The notes beneath the pieces are model-generated. The model made no database searches, was not told the origin of the DNA, and was given only the letters and a program-made list of their open reading frames with translations. From assembly GCF_000143415.4 (NCBI RefSeq), contig NW_003314302.1, forward strand, positions 265,182 to 329,181: a stretch of 64,000 nt of DNA. The letters run 5' to 3'. Positions 24,048 to 37,876 of this stretch are shown here, in pieces; position 1 is the stretch's first letter, and each line of letters opens with the position of its first letter. This stretch comes from Selaginella moellendorffii. Taxonomy: Eukaryota; Plantae; Lycopodiophyta. The translations under genes and the position numbers were made by a program.

Positions 24048-25056
24048 GGGTCTCAGGTTATAGGCACAACACTACATGATCACATCTCATAGCACTAAAA
24101 GTTCAATCTTCCTTGATCAATAATGGCGTGGCATGGTAGGAGAAGAGAATGCAATGAAGATTAAAAGAAAAAGTAGATCTAAACACAGTGATAGTTAAAG
24201 TTCTAAATCTTGCAAAAAGCTAAAATATATTTAGATCTAAAAGAAAATGAAGAAATAAAAACAAAAAGTACAATCTTAAACACTAAAGCAAAGCATTGCC
24301 AAAATGTTTTATCTTTCAGAGACAAATTGCAATGCCCCTCATTTCCACCAATGTAAGTGTTCGGGATGGGAATAAATATTTTAATTAGGGTTTAAACCCT
24401 TGCTTATATACAATAATAAATGGACCAGATTCAATCCCAAATAAACAATTAATATACAATTAAGCCAGGGTAATACATGACATGTATTTACAAACCTTAC
24501 AATTAGAAAATAAATATAATTATTAAAATATTCAATTTATAATATTTATTAATAATGTTAACAACCAACAACCAACATTAATAATAAAAATAATAGAATA
24601 TTACTTAGCAAATTACGAGTCAAACAAATTGCCTGCCATTTGACTCTTGAAAATGGAAAGTTCAATGGCATTTTGTTGATAGAAAAAAGCTCACAATGCT
24701 CTATGATTGAGGTTCAGCTAGAACTCAAGCCAAGACTAGAGCGAGAGTAGGGAGAGAGGTTAGGTGAGACTGTTTTGCACAATTGCTTCTTCCTCTTTTT
24801 CGTTTAGATAGATTTATAAAGTAGTTCCGAGCATGTCTTTGATTGACAATTGAGAGGATTACCAAGCTCCACCATGACAATTGTTTGCAATCTTACGACT
24901 CGGGTGATGGAAGCTGCGCTACTACTAGCACAGTAACAATCTAGCTATCTCGACCGCAGCATTGGCGATGAGCTTGGATTTCGATCACAGGTAGTGTTAT
25001 TCTTTAGTGTAATGTATTCTGAAGTAGTGTACTGTACAAGTCAAAAAGATTGTGAT

Positions 25057-26499
25057 CTAGAAAATGGCGGCGGGGTTTCCTGCCTGGGCCCCGCTGACGA
25101 TGGCGCTGCTCTGGATCACAATCGGTTTCCCTTCCAGTTGCAACATCATACTCCCGAGAACTTGCCTCAGGTACTGCTCGAACATTTCCCTGTCTATCAA
25201 ATTTTCATGGTGGTTTTTATGCGAGGCCGCTCCACCATTGTCCATCATTTTGAGTGCTCCAATGATCTCGGAATCCATCTACAGAGAAGAAGTTTTTTAG
25301 TTGTTCCAGAGTTGGAACTCTTTCTCCCACGAGAAGTATATTCACATACCTCTTCGATTGCTCCAAGCGGTGGCAAACCAGCTCGAGGTGAGACGAAGTC
25401 CAAGCCAAAGATGAAGTCATCCTTTTTTATGGAGCCGTTCTTTTCTTTTGGCAGCGTTTTCCAGGCCTCGGAGATCACCTGTTGCGCGAAGCGCGAACCT
25501 ATCAGATGTAACATGGAGAGAATTTTGTGCTTTTACCTTCTTGGATGCTTTCTTGTCGCTCAGGAAGGCTTTGACACTTTGGCCGTCGAATTTCTTTCGT
25601 ACGTGAGCCACAGTGAGAGGCTTCTCGGACATGATCGTTGACATCTCCAGCAAAACTTTCTTGAAGAGCGCCACATACTCGTTTTGATCGATGAGGGCGT
25701 CCTCGTTAACTCCCGATCTCGAGAGAGCAGCGTCCACCACGGGCAAACTCGCCTGAAAGAAAAAGAGTTTAAGCACTCCGAGGAAGCTCACACAACCTCA
25801 AAGAAGAACACTATGACAACTCAATAAGATCAAATATCGAGGCTGGAGGAAAAAACTTTCGGAAGAATGTACCTCGCCGTACGGTGGAGCTCCATGGTCG
25901 ACCGAGAGCCGTTTCAAAGCGTCCCTGAGAACCGACGCTTTAACTTTACCAGTGCTCTCAAGATCATTCTCCACGAAAGCATTCACAGCGCTGATCTCCG
26001 CGTCGGGGTGACGGGCATACTCCCGGAGCTTCGATCCATCCAGGGACATGATGTTGATCGGCTCTCGCTCCAGACCATCCGCCAGTCCCAGGAGTATCTC
26101 ACGAAGGACCACCGCAAACTTCTCCTTGGAAACTTTCTTAGCTCGTCCATCCAGGAAGGATTCCATCACCTACAAGAATGTTTTTCTTGATCAGGAACAC
26201 CATGTCATCCAACTTTTCTAGCTAGGAGGACCAACCTGATCGTAGATGGGATCAGTATCGGGAGAAGATCCCTGTGGAGGGAGGCCAAGCGCTCCACCGA
26301 TCCCAAGAACCGCGGGCTTGAGCTCCTGGGGCGTGAGATCCCCCGTGTGGCTCGCATCCAGCGCACTAAACTTCCCGTCCACAAACCTCGCAAATGCGGT
26401 CTTGTCTTCCACCAGCGCCTTGATGCTCGATCCATCCACAACTCCATCGTTGCCCATTCCAACAATCTCGTCCTCCCGCTGCTGCTGCTGCGTCGCCAT
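25057..26499 (-). CDS. EF-hand-like calcium-binding family protein (5 exons)
   Basis: Three repeated modules beginning (V/L/F)DG(S/Q), EF-hand-like loops (FSALDASHTGDLTPQEL), GLPP motifs and canonical introns. Confidence 0.85.
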
Positions 26500-26996
26500 A
26501 GCTCGTCGCCCAAATCGATCACTCGATAGAACGAAAGGAAAAACTTCCTTTTTTCTGTGAGGAAATCAAGAAAAATGAGGAAGAATAGAGGACAAGGAAA
26601 GAGATCTCCTCTCTACACATTTGGGGCATTGAACGCTTTTATATACTTCGTTCGTCCCTGGGTGTGCTTTTTCCAACATAAAGTTACGTGTCGCGCTAGA
26701 CACCCTCACAGTTGGCGCGCCACAAAGCTGACGCGTGGACAATACTATACAGTCGTGTCGTGCTCATACGTAGTTTCTTTCGTGAAAGCTTTATTAAACT
26801 CGGGAGCTATGAGAAGACCACACACATTATGCTTGTGTGTGGGGTTGGTCTTTGTGTGCTGACTTTTAAGCTCGAGCTTCCGCGAATCTCGAAAATTAGG
26901 GTTCTAACTAAAGCGTTGACTATTGGTCTCAACGTGGTTCCTACCTATATCTTCCAGGATCCACCCATCTCTGAAACTTTCTCGTGCAACGATAAA

Positions 26997-27031
26997 ACGT
27001 CATCATTCGATTGGTGACACGTCATCATTGG
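26997..27031. promoter_or_regulatory. Duplicated ACGTCATCATT bZIP/UPRE-like element with ATTGG boxes in the divergent promoter
   Basis: ACGTCATCATTcgATTGGTGACACGTCATCATTGG resembles the plant UPRE ATTGGTCCACGTCATC. Confidence 0.35.
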
Positions 27032-27238
27032 CCGGAATTTTTTATTTTGCTTTGCGTGATGATCTACGATTCTTTCTAGCACCCTAAAAAGGAGAACCAG
27101 CTCTAGGGCAGGGGCGAGGGCGGTGTTTTGGGGGGCTGGAGCTCCGCCGCGTGCGCGATCCGAGCTAGGTATGTGCGATCGATGAGCTGCATTTTCGGTT
27201 TGATCGATCTCTCTCTCGCGCGTCGGTGCTACAGGAAC

Positions 27239-28032
27239 ATGATCAATCTCTTCTCGGTGAAGAAGAAGCAGCAGGAGGCTGCGCAGAACAATGCGAATGG
27301 GAGAGCGCCGATCAAGAAGCAGAGCCCTGGAGAGCTGCGCGTCCAGAAAGGTAATCCACTCGATCCACTAATCGACTGAGAGCTTCTTCCTTTCTTTGTT
27401 CTTCAGATATCACGGAGCTTAATCTGGCCAAGACCACTTCGATCACATTTCCTATGGGAAAGGACAATTTACTGAATTTCGAGATCACGATCTGTCCCGA
27501 TGAAGGCTACTACCAGTAAGCAAGAGTTCTCTCAGTTCTCAGCGAAAGTTTGGATTTTTTTCTAGCTAAGTAATGCGTTTTGGTTCTTCCAGAGATGGAA
27601 CATTTGTTTTCTCTTTCCAGATCTCTCCTTTATATCCACACGAGGCACCCAAAGTGAAATGCAAAACAAAGGTAAGTTTGCTCTTTTCCTTTCATTGTTT
27701 ACTAGCTTGTCTCGCAGGTTTATCACCCGAACATAGATTTGGAAGGAAACGTTTGCCTCAACATCTTGAGAGAAGATTGGAAACCCGTGCTGAGCATAAA
27801 CTCCATTGTCTACGGCCTCCAATACTTGTTCCTAGTAAGCGATCTACTTCCAAATCTCTAGCAAAAGTTTTGATCCTTTTTCTCGGTGCTATAGGATCCC
27901 AATCCCGACGATCCTCTAAATCACGAAGCGGCCGAGGTGTTGCGAGATCACCCCAGACAATTCCAGGCCAACGTAAAGAGATCCATGGCTGGGGGCTACA
28001 TCAACGGCCAGCACTTCACGAGATGCATCTAA
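27239..28032 (+). CDS. RCE1: NEDD8/RUB-conjugating enzyme Ubc12 (5 exons)
   Basis: [28 protein letters not shown]; [38 protein letters not shown]; [12 protein letters not shown]. Confidence 0.96.
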
Positions 28033-28108
28033 TCTAATGATCCGACGGTCTAGGTTGTAACATACCCTCTTTGATTCGAACCCCGGACCTATTACTCGTG
28101 TTTTTGCA

Positions 28109-29567
28109 ATGGCTTCATCATGGAAATGGAAATGGCGCCCTCTTTCTAAGCTCGCCAGGAATTTCGTAAGCGCTGGAAGGATTTTCTAGGGTTTGTGTGA
28201 TTGATCCCAGCGCAGGCGAGTAGTGCGCTCGTAGTCGCGGAGCACGGAGGAGGATCGGTGAAGAACGGATCGATCAGCGCCGTTGCTGCCGCTGCGGCCG
28301 TATTAGGCGATTCTTCGCCCGTGACGCTGCTCTTAGCTGGATCGGGGGGATCGGAGCTCGACGCGGCGATCCAGCACGCGAGCTCGGCTCATCCGGCAGT
28401 CTCTCAGGTTCTAGCAAAAATTCGTTTGTTTTGGTCGATTCGATCGAGTTAGAGCAGGTTCTGGTAGCTCGATCGCCGCTGCTGGGGCAGCCATTGGCGG
28501 AGCCATGGGCGGAGCTTCTTGTCCAAGCACAGAAGAAGGGAAATTACTCTCACATATTCGCTGCGTCTTCGTCGTTTGGAAAGGATGTGTTGCCCCGAGC
28601 GGCAGCGCTGTTGGGAGTCTCTCCAATCACAGACGTGACGCGAACGATCGATCAACACACGTACATCAGGTATTCTCTCGTTGATTTAAGCTAGAGCTTG
28701 ATGATTTTTTCTTTGTGTTCTTTCTTTTTCTTCCTTCACAAGACCAATCTATGCAGGAAATGCTATGGCTACTGTGAGGTTTAAAGGCTCCGGTCCATGC
28801 ATTGTAAGCATTAGAGCAACATCCTTTCCAGCAGTTCCCGGGCTCGCATTAACCGGAGTTGGCCATCCTTCCATCGTCGACTTCGATGCTTCGTCTCTTT
28901 CTTCGGGTAAGCTTTCAAGAAACTTTTAAGAACTGAAGGATAGAGAGGAAATTTACGTGATGGGTTCCCAGAAGCGATTGGAAAGTCGAAGTGGATTGGT
29001 TTGGCTTCGCAGCAAACGGAGCGGCCAGAGCTGGGTGCCGCAAAAATCGTGATCTCTGGGGGCCGGGGACTCAAAAGCGCAGAGAACTTTGAGTTGCTAG
29101 AGAAACTTGCTGACAAGCTTGGAGCCGCTGGTTAAGTTTTTATATTTGTTTCGTCCTGTTTTCATTCGTAATGTATATGCAGTGGGAGCATCGAGAGCCG
29201 CAGTTGATGCTGGATTTGTTCCGAACGATATGCAGGTGTGATCGACTTGAAGAATTCTTGCTCTAAGTTTTTAATGCCTGAGAATATTTTGTAGATTGGA
29301 CAGACTGGAAAGATTGTGGCGCCAGAGCTTTATATTGCCGTAGGAATTTCAGGAGCTATACAGCATCTCGCTGGAATCAAAGACTCCAAAGTTATCGTTG
29401 CTATCAACAAAGATCGAGACGCTCCAATCTTTCAGGTTCTTTCCCTGACTTGGTTTTCCAAGTTTCGAGTTTTTCTTTCTCGTCAGGTCGCGGATTATGG
29501 TCTTGCTATGGATCTCTTCGAGGCGCTTCCAGAGCTGGTCGCTAAAGTTCCCTCTAAGCGACTATAA
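28109..29567 (+). CDS. ETFA: Mitochondrial electron transfer flavoprotein alpha subunit
   Basis: LVVAEH; [13 protein letters not shown]; RPIYAGNA; [11 protein letters not shown]; [12 protein letters not shown]; [28 protein letters not shown]. Confidence 0.95.
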
Positions 29568-29639
29568 ACAATGAATTCATCGTTTGTATACAACCTGTTT
29601 CTTCGATCGAATAAAAATCCCGCGCGAGTTCTTCTCACC

Positions 29640-30293
29640 TCAAGTAACGTTGATTCCCGTGTCCATATATTCCTCACACATTGCTTCGTATCTCTCCAGA
29701 TCATTCGATCTCCATTCCTGAAAGGAAGATCTAAGAAAAAAAGAAACGAAAATCCGGAAGAGTTTTACCTCGTAGTCCCAGCTTCCAAACAAATCCTTGT
29801 CTTCCGGATCAACCCAAACATACACGAAAGCTTTGAGCGTAATGCTTTGATCCTGCGAGAACAAAGAAAATAATGTGATCTAGCGAAAGAAGGAAAGGAA
29901 TCACCAGTAAGCAAGGCTCCACAGTAAGTCTCTTATATTCCTCTCCCTCGAAATCGTCCATGACTTGAAGCTCCTCGTGTGTTAAATCGAGTAGAACCTT
30001 CTCAAACCAATTTCTACCGTCAAGGATCAAAAGAATTCACGGAAGCTCTATACCTTTCCTTTGATTCTGTCCCCTTTCCTGTAAGTAGCACCGGGATAGA
30101 CGCGATTGCGCACGCTGAATCGATGACTGCGATAAAATACGAAATCGTGAATTCAGCAGTGGAATTTGATCGATCGAGCGACTTACTAATCGGCGAGCAC
30201 AGCGTCGCAGCTCGATGGAACGCGCTTGATCAGGATGCGCACAATTTCATCTGCCAGGAGCGTCCCATAGACGAACACATTGCCGTTGGCCAT
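29640..30293 (-). CDS. AIG2-like / gamma-glutamylcyclotransferase-fold protein
   Basis: NVFVYGTLL; HRFSVRNRVYPG; LDLTHEELQVMDDFEGEEYKR; YVWVD..DLFGSWDYEEW. Confidence 0.9.
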
Positions 30294-30342
30294 TTCTTCC
30301 TTCTTTTCCCAAGAACCCTAATTTCGAAATATTTCTAGGGCT

Positions 30343-31985
<1,643 letters not shown>

Positions 31986-32089
31986 TGCTCTCTGACACGT
32001 GGCATGCATCAAGCCCGTTGTTTTCTTGAGGTGCACATTCAAAATATGAGGATTGTTCTTTGAGGCTTTTGTTTTCCACTCTCTTCGTC

Positions 32090-33799
32090 ATGGCTGCGTC
32101 CTCTGCAATCAGAGGGTATGGCGCATCCGCTGCATCGTTTGATGGTTTAATGCAGGCACGAAAGGATACAGCAAGAACATGTCAAAACAGGAGCCTCTCT
32201 TATGCGAGAACTGACCAATTTCTAGCTTCGGATTTCACTCAGAATGTCGTGCGGCAGGTAGATTCTGAAAACTTGTTCTTAGCGGCTCTATCTCGCTAAT
32301 CTGCTTTGAGATGCAGGCCACAGATCGGACGAGGCTTCGAACTCAAGCAGTCCGACGAGTGTCCATTGTTACCACAGCTTCCAGCGATACTCCGGCGAAG
32401 AAAATCTTGATGATGGGAGGAACTCGGTTTATTGGAGTTTACCTGGCAAGGTTGCTTGTCAAAGCTGGACACGAGGTTGAAAATCTATTTTAACATAGAA
32501 GGTGAAAGTTCACAGTTTTTTTGCAGGTGACTCTCTTCACTCGTGGAAAAACACCAGTCACTCAAAAGATTGCCAGCGAAACGGACCAAGAATACGCGGA
32601 ATACTCCTCTAAAGTACGTTGTCACCAGTTGCAGCTGGTTTTTATCTTTTTAGTTGCTGTCTTTAGGTAAAGCACATTCAAGGAGATCGTCAAGACTTCG
32701 ATGGAATGAAGAGCAAAATTGCCAGTGCTGGTTTCGAGATTGTTTATGACATAAACGGTAAAGTAAATCACAAGTGCTCTCGATATGAAGTTTCTATTGA
32801 CAGGGAGGGAGGCTGTCGAAGTTGAGCCCATTATCGACGCAATTCCAAGCCTTAAGCAGTCAGTGAACTTCTCAAGAAACGAAAAAGTTCTCTTGGCTGA
32901 TGATGTCTTGAAACAGATACATTTATTGTTCTTCGGCTGGAGTGTACTTAAAGTCGGACTTACTTCCCCATTTTGAGGTGAAGCTTGTTGAAGGATCATA
33001 CGATTGCTGATATCCATTGTGCAGGTTGATGCTACTGATCCGAAAAGCAGGCACAAAGGAAAACTTGACACTGAAGCACTGCTGCAAAGCAAAGGAGTGC
33101 CCTGGACCTCCATCAGACCAGTTTACATCTACGGCCCTCTCAACTACAATCCAGTGGAAGAATGGTTCTTCCATCGCCTCAAAGCTGGCAGGCCAATTCC
33201 TATTCCAAACTCCGGCCTTCAAATCACGCAACTTGGTCACGTCAAGGTGCTTGGTTTTGCGGCTGCTTTATTCGTTACTCACGTCTACGATTGCAGGATC
33301 TGGCTGACGCATTTGTCCGCGTTCTGGACAATCCAACAGCGTTTGGTCAAGTCTACAATATCTCGGGAGCGAAGTATGTAACGTTTGCTGGCATTGCTCG
33401 AGCTTGTGCCAAGGTATGAACAGACTTTGCTGCTTGGAATTAAAAGCAACGAACAAAACAATTACAGGCCGGTGGCTTTCCCACTCCGGAGCTGGTCCAC
33501 TACAACCCGAAGGACTTCGACTTCGGAAAGAAGAAATCATTCCCGCTGCGCGATCAAGTAAAAGTTTCTAGCTCATGTCTCATGCGGTTTTCTCATCGGC
33601 CTTGTTGCAGCATTTCTTTACCTCGATCGAAAAAGCGAAGAATGATCTTGGCTGGAGTCCCAAGTATGGACTGGTAGACGGTCTCACAGATTCCTACAAC
33701 CTCGATTTCGGGCTGGGAACGTTTCGTAAAGCAGCCGATTTCTCAACCGACGATATGATTCTGGAGAAACTGGGGATCAAAGTTGCTGTTCCGGCCTAG
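32090..33799 (+). CDS. CSP41B: Chloroplast stem-loop-binding protein of 41 kDa, b subunit
   Basis: KKILMMGGTRFIG; VTLFTRGK; DINGREA; DPKSRHKGKL; RPVYIYGPLNYNPVEEWFFHRLKAGRPIPIP; FRKAADFSTDDMIL. Confidence 0.95.
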
Positions 33800-33886
33800 A
33801 ACCAGAAACAAGGTACCGCAAATTACAAAAAGCTAGAGTGGGGTAAGAAAAAGGAAACAAAGCAGCGTTAGCTAGCTCCTTGTCAC

Positions 33887-34589
33887 TCATTCCTTTTTAG
33901 CAGCCTCTTCGAAGTTCTCTCCGGGAACCAGGTCGGGAACATCATCGTCGTCGGCACCGGAGTTAGTCTGCCACTGCTGAGCAATCTTCTTCAAGTTCGC
34001 GAGATTGTCCGGGCCTGAAAAAGAAGAAAAGAATGAAGATCCAATGTTTCTTTCAAAACGAACGAAAATGAAGGATTTGATAAACGTACCCAGCTGGTTT
34101 ACAATGCTTGGTAGCAAATCTCGAAGCTCTGGAATGGAGAAAGAGAGAAAAGTTCCAGTAAGAAGAGACCAAAGAAAAAAAGGAGAGATGGACATACTTT
34201 TGGTGGATGAAGCTCCGCTCACGACCCAAGTGTTGGCAACGATGGAAGCTTGAACTGCGAAAAGATAGAAGAAGAAATCCATCAAACCATTCGTCCACGC
34301 AGAGATTTCCATTCCTACCTTTGGGATTGACGAAGTGAATGACGGTATCGTCCTTGAAGATATTCACCTCCTCAATGCCGGGGATGGTGTTGACGCCCAA
34401 TCTCTTGAGCGTGTTTTGCAACCTCTTGTCGTCGGTGGTCGCGGTCTTGTGCACTGCCTTCTTCTTCCTGCGATTGCCAGAATTCTCACCAAAATCTTCC
34501 AATCTAATCCCAAATCTTTACCTCCTCACGGTTCCCTTCCCTCCCGTCCGCACGGCGGTGGCCATCTTCATGAGTCGGTCGCGATCCAT
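33887..34589 (-). CDS. BTF3: Nascent polypeptide-associated complex beta subunit / BTF3
   Basis: [28 protein letters not shown]; [10 protein letters not shown]; NPKVQAS; NQLGPDNL; DDDVPDLV. Confidence 0.96.
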
Positions 34590-34691
34590 TGCGGCTGGGC
34601 AGCGCGCGGCGCAAAGAATGGCAAATCTTGGAAGGAGAAACTCCAAAACCCTAGCCCCAATAGAGAGGGAGGGTTTTTCTTTTAGGGTTCT

Positions 34692-36722
34692 TCATTTCAG
34701 GGACTTTACAAGGTTGGAGAGCAAGGAATAGGGAGCGGTGCTGCGACTGTCCACTCCGTTCGCTCGCTGGGCTGCTCCAAATGCTCCCTCTGGATCGCTG
34801 TGGATCGAGCAGCCGCCCAGCAAAGTCACCCACGACACGAGGTTTGGCTCGAATGGCATGTTTGCGGCCACTTCTTGGGCATCAAACAAACGCCCATTTC
34901 GACACAAGAGATCGATGAGGCAATTGTAGTGATCCAGCGATGGAACCAGGTTGTAATCCCCCATGAAAGAGCTGAAAAATTGGCAGCCGTGGGTGACGAG
35001 CCCTGCATGGCTGCATGCGACGAGGATTTTTGCAAAGGTGACGGTGTCCGGGAGGATTCCATCCAATCCCGCGAGACGAAAGAGCGCCAGGGCCGTGTTC
35101 CCACGTCCGTTTTGTGCGTAAGTTGAGATTAGCGCTGTCCAGGCGACCAGGGTTCGTTCGTGGAGTTCCTCGAAGATTGTACGGGCGGTGATCACGTCCC
35201 CGTGTCGGCCGTACATGTAGAGCACGGAAGTTCCCAGGGCCGTGTCCGATCGGAGGAGCTCGCTGGGAATGCTGCTGTGGAGGATTTTGCCTTGGGCGAT
35301 GGATTTGCAGCTCTCAAGTGTGTTGATGAGAGAAGATTTCTCCACTTTGACGCCCTCCAAGTCCATTTCTCGCAAGAACACAAGCGCTTCTTCTCCTCCT
35401 CCCGAGAGAGCAGAGAGCATGGAGTTGTACACCAAACTTGATCGATTCATCTCATTCTGGAACAAGAGTTTCGCATCGACTAGACTCTCGCATCTAGCGT
35501 ACATTTTGATGAGACTGGACAAAACTTCGTGGTCCAGATCGAGACCCTCGTACGTGGCACATTTGTGGACGATTCGCGACGCGTCCAAAGCTTGCGGCGA
35601 TCCAAATCCATCGATGAGGCTCAAAAACGTGATCCTAGTTGGCTGAAGACCCTCCAAATCCATGCCTCGAAACAAGCTCAAAGACCTCCTGTGATCCCCT
35701 CCAAAGATCATCGTCGTCCACGTCACCACATTTCTCGCGGGCATCACCTCAAACAGGCAATCGGCCTCGCCCAAAGCTCCATGCTGGACGCAGCCCGCCA
35801 GCATGGCATTCCACGTCACGCTGCTTCTCTCGGGCATGCCCATGAAGATGCGAATGGCATCCAGCAAATTCCCATCACGGGCATATGCCGTTAACGCCAA
35901 AGTCCACGACACAAGATCCCATAGAGGTATCCGACGGAGTATCTCATCCGAGCAACAAGCCTCAACGAGAGTGTTCCAGCTGACGATGTTACGCTCCAAG
36001 ATTCTATCAAACGCACTGCGCGCTAGATCCGGAGATTCCATCCTCCCGTACGTTTTGATCAGTGCCGTACCCATCACCACCTCGGTGTCAAGTCCTCGGC
36101 TGCAAATCTCCGCGTGGAGGAACTTCAAATGGATGCGATCGACAGCGTCTAAAATGCTCAAGAGTGTGATCCTGTTGCAATGGATCCCTTCCAAGTCCAT
36201 TTCCAGCAAAAGCGCCACTGCGTTGCTACATTGCCCATGTAGAGCAAATGCCGAAATCATCGAGTTCCAAGACGCAACATCCCTCTCGGGCATTTTTTCA
36301 AAGAGATTCTTCGCTATATCTATCGACTTGTTTTGCGCATACCCAGATATCATTGCGTTCCACAACACCAAGTTCGTCTCTGGTATCAGCCCGAAGAGCC
36401 GCGCAGCGCGATCAAGATGCCCGTTTTGGGCATATGCCGCGACCATTATGTTCCAAGAGTAAAGATTCCTCTTCCTGATCTTCTCGAATGCTTGCTTGCA
36501 TTGAGCGAGGTCCCTGCACTGGCCATACATTTGGACGAGCAGATTGCCCATGAAAGGTTCTTGGTCGGCGCCATCTCTCGCAAGAATCCTGTGCAAGCGA
36601 CGGCCTTCTTCCAGAGCCAAGGATTTGCCACAGTGACGGATCAAAGCAGTGAATCGTGATTGTATCGGGTATCTCTCTAGTTCCAGGATTGATCGATGCA
36701 GCTCTTCCCTCAAGATCTTCAT
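34692..36722 (-). CDS. PLS-class pentatricopeptide repeat protein with E-type tail and no DYW domain; intronless
   Basis: 676-aa ORF with repeated VSWN.MI.A/R(N/D)VV motifs, ACSHAGLV, and HYNCLIDLLCRNGRL..MPFEPNLVSWVTLL. Confidence 0.92.
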   Translation of the reverse strand: MKILREELHRSILELERYPIQSRFTALIRHCGKSLALEEGRRLHRILARDGADQEPFMGNLLVQMYGQCRDLAQCKQAFEKIRKRNLYSWNIMVAAYAQNGHLDRAARLFGLIPETNLVLWNAMISGYAQNKSIDIAKNLFEKMPERDVASWNSMISAFALHGQCSNAVALLLEMDLEGIHCNRITLLSILDAVDRIHLKFLHAEICSRGLDTEVVMGTALIKTYGRMESPDLARSAFDRILERNIVSWNTLVEACCSDEILRRIPLWDLVSWTLALTAYARDGNLLDAIRIFMGMPERSSVTWNAMLAGCVQHGALGEADCLFEVMPARNVVTWTTMIFGGDHRRSLSLFRGMDLEGLQPTRITFLSLIDGFGSPQALDASRIVHKCATYEGLDLDHEVLSSLIKMYARCESLVDAKLLFQNEMNRSSLVYNSMLSALSGGGEEALVFLREMDLEGVKVEKSSLINTLESCKSIAQGKILHSSIPSELLRSDTALGTSVLYMYGRHGDVITARTIFEELHERTLVAWTALISTYAQNGRGNTALALFRLAGLDGILPDTVTFAKILVACSHAGLVTHGCQFFSSFMGDYNLVPSLDHYNCLIDLLCRNGRLFDAQEVAANMPFEPNLVSWVTLLGGCSIHSDPEGAFGAAQRANGVDSRSTAPYSLLSNLVKSLK

Positions 36723-36921
36723 CCAGCATTCGGCGAACCATTGAAGAAGAAACCAAAGTTTAAATATTTGGAATATACCTAGACAATGCTTAACTAGTAG
36801 TTAAGTTAAGTCCATTTTAATTCATCTGTATTTTATTTTAATGAGAGGCGTATTGGTGTGAAAGCTTTATGGCGGTAAACTAGGGTTCTTGCGGGAAGAG
36901 CGCCAGATCCGGATCACAGGC

Positions 36922-37876
36922 ATGGTGAAGCTGACAGTTATAGCTCGGATCACTGATGGCTTGCCACTCGCCGAAGGTATGGACACTGGATTAGAGGAGA
37001 AGGAACTGGATTTTTACAAGCAGCAGGCCAAGTCGCTGTTCAAGCGGCTGTCGCACGGGCAGAATCAGCCGTCGAGGATGTCAGTGGAGACTGGCCCCTA
37101 TTTTTTTCAGTGAGTTCTTCTGGATTCTTCGCGAGAATTTGAGCTCGTTGGGGTTGAGATTGATTTCTTTTTTCTTTTTCTTTCTCGATTGTAGCTATCT
37201 GATTGAAGGGAGAGTTTGCTACCTTACTCTTTGCGATCGATCCTACCCGAAGAAGCTCGCGTTTCAATACTTGGAGGAGCTGCAGAGGGAATTCGAGCGG
37301 CTGAATCACTCACAGATCGAGACTGTTGCGAGGCCGTATGCCTTTGTCAAATTTGGTGGGTGATTTTTGCTCTTTGTTTTGACTGTGTAAGTCTAACGAT
37401 GCAATTGTTTTGCAAAGATATATTCATCCAGAAAACCAGGAAGCTCTACCTTGACACGAGAACGCAGCGGAACTTGTCCAGACTCAACGACGAGCTGTAC
37501 GAAGTCCAGCAGATAATGACGAGAAACATTCAAGAGGTTTTGGGCGTTGGTGACAAGCTCGATCGTAAGCTTTCTTTCTTCTCTTCGTCTTCGTCAAACT
37601 CTTCGTCTGCGATTGTTTCCTCTCTTGGTTTTTTAACGCTGTTTTCATCTTTCCCAGAGGTAAGCCAGCTCTCAACCCGCTTGACGGCCGAATCACGCAT
37701 CTTTTCGGACAAAGCTCGAGATCTCAACAGACAGGTATCTGCTCGCAAGTTTCCTTACCACCGCTGATGGAAAAACGTGAAACTTGCAGGCTCTCATTCG
37801 AAAGTGGGCACCAGTTGTGATCGTGCTTTCCGTAGTGTTGATCTTCCTTTTCATGCGGAGATCTATCTGGGGCTAG
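36922..37876 (+). CDS. SEC22: R-SNARE SEC22 (longin, SNARE and TM domains)
   Basis: MVKLTVIARITDGLPLAEG; LTLCDRSYPKKLAFQYLE; RPYAFVKFD.FIQKT; QIMTRNIQEVLGVGDKLD; C-terminal TM helix. Confidence 0.95.

Larger units (their letters stand above)
20902..24501 (-). mobile_element. Degenerate LTR element with LTRs of about 150 bp (~20902-21068 and 24352-24501), hosting nested insertions
   Basis: The direct repeats share ttaatt.ggg ttta.accc ttg.ttatatacaataat...gaccagatt...ggtaatacatg. PBS-like TGGTGGAAATGAGGGGCATTG at 24350-24330 and PPT aaaggggaggatga next to the left LTR. The left boundary is approximate. Confidence 0.6.

Noticed and set aside
24690-24990. Possible miRNA or other ncRNA in a moderately GC-rich intergenic patch
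   Set aside because: I could not identify a convincing hairpin or known mature sequence by eye.
24994-25641. 215-aa plus-strand ORF
   Set aside because: It is antisense to the spliced EF-hand gene and has no recognisable motifs.
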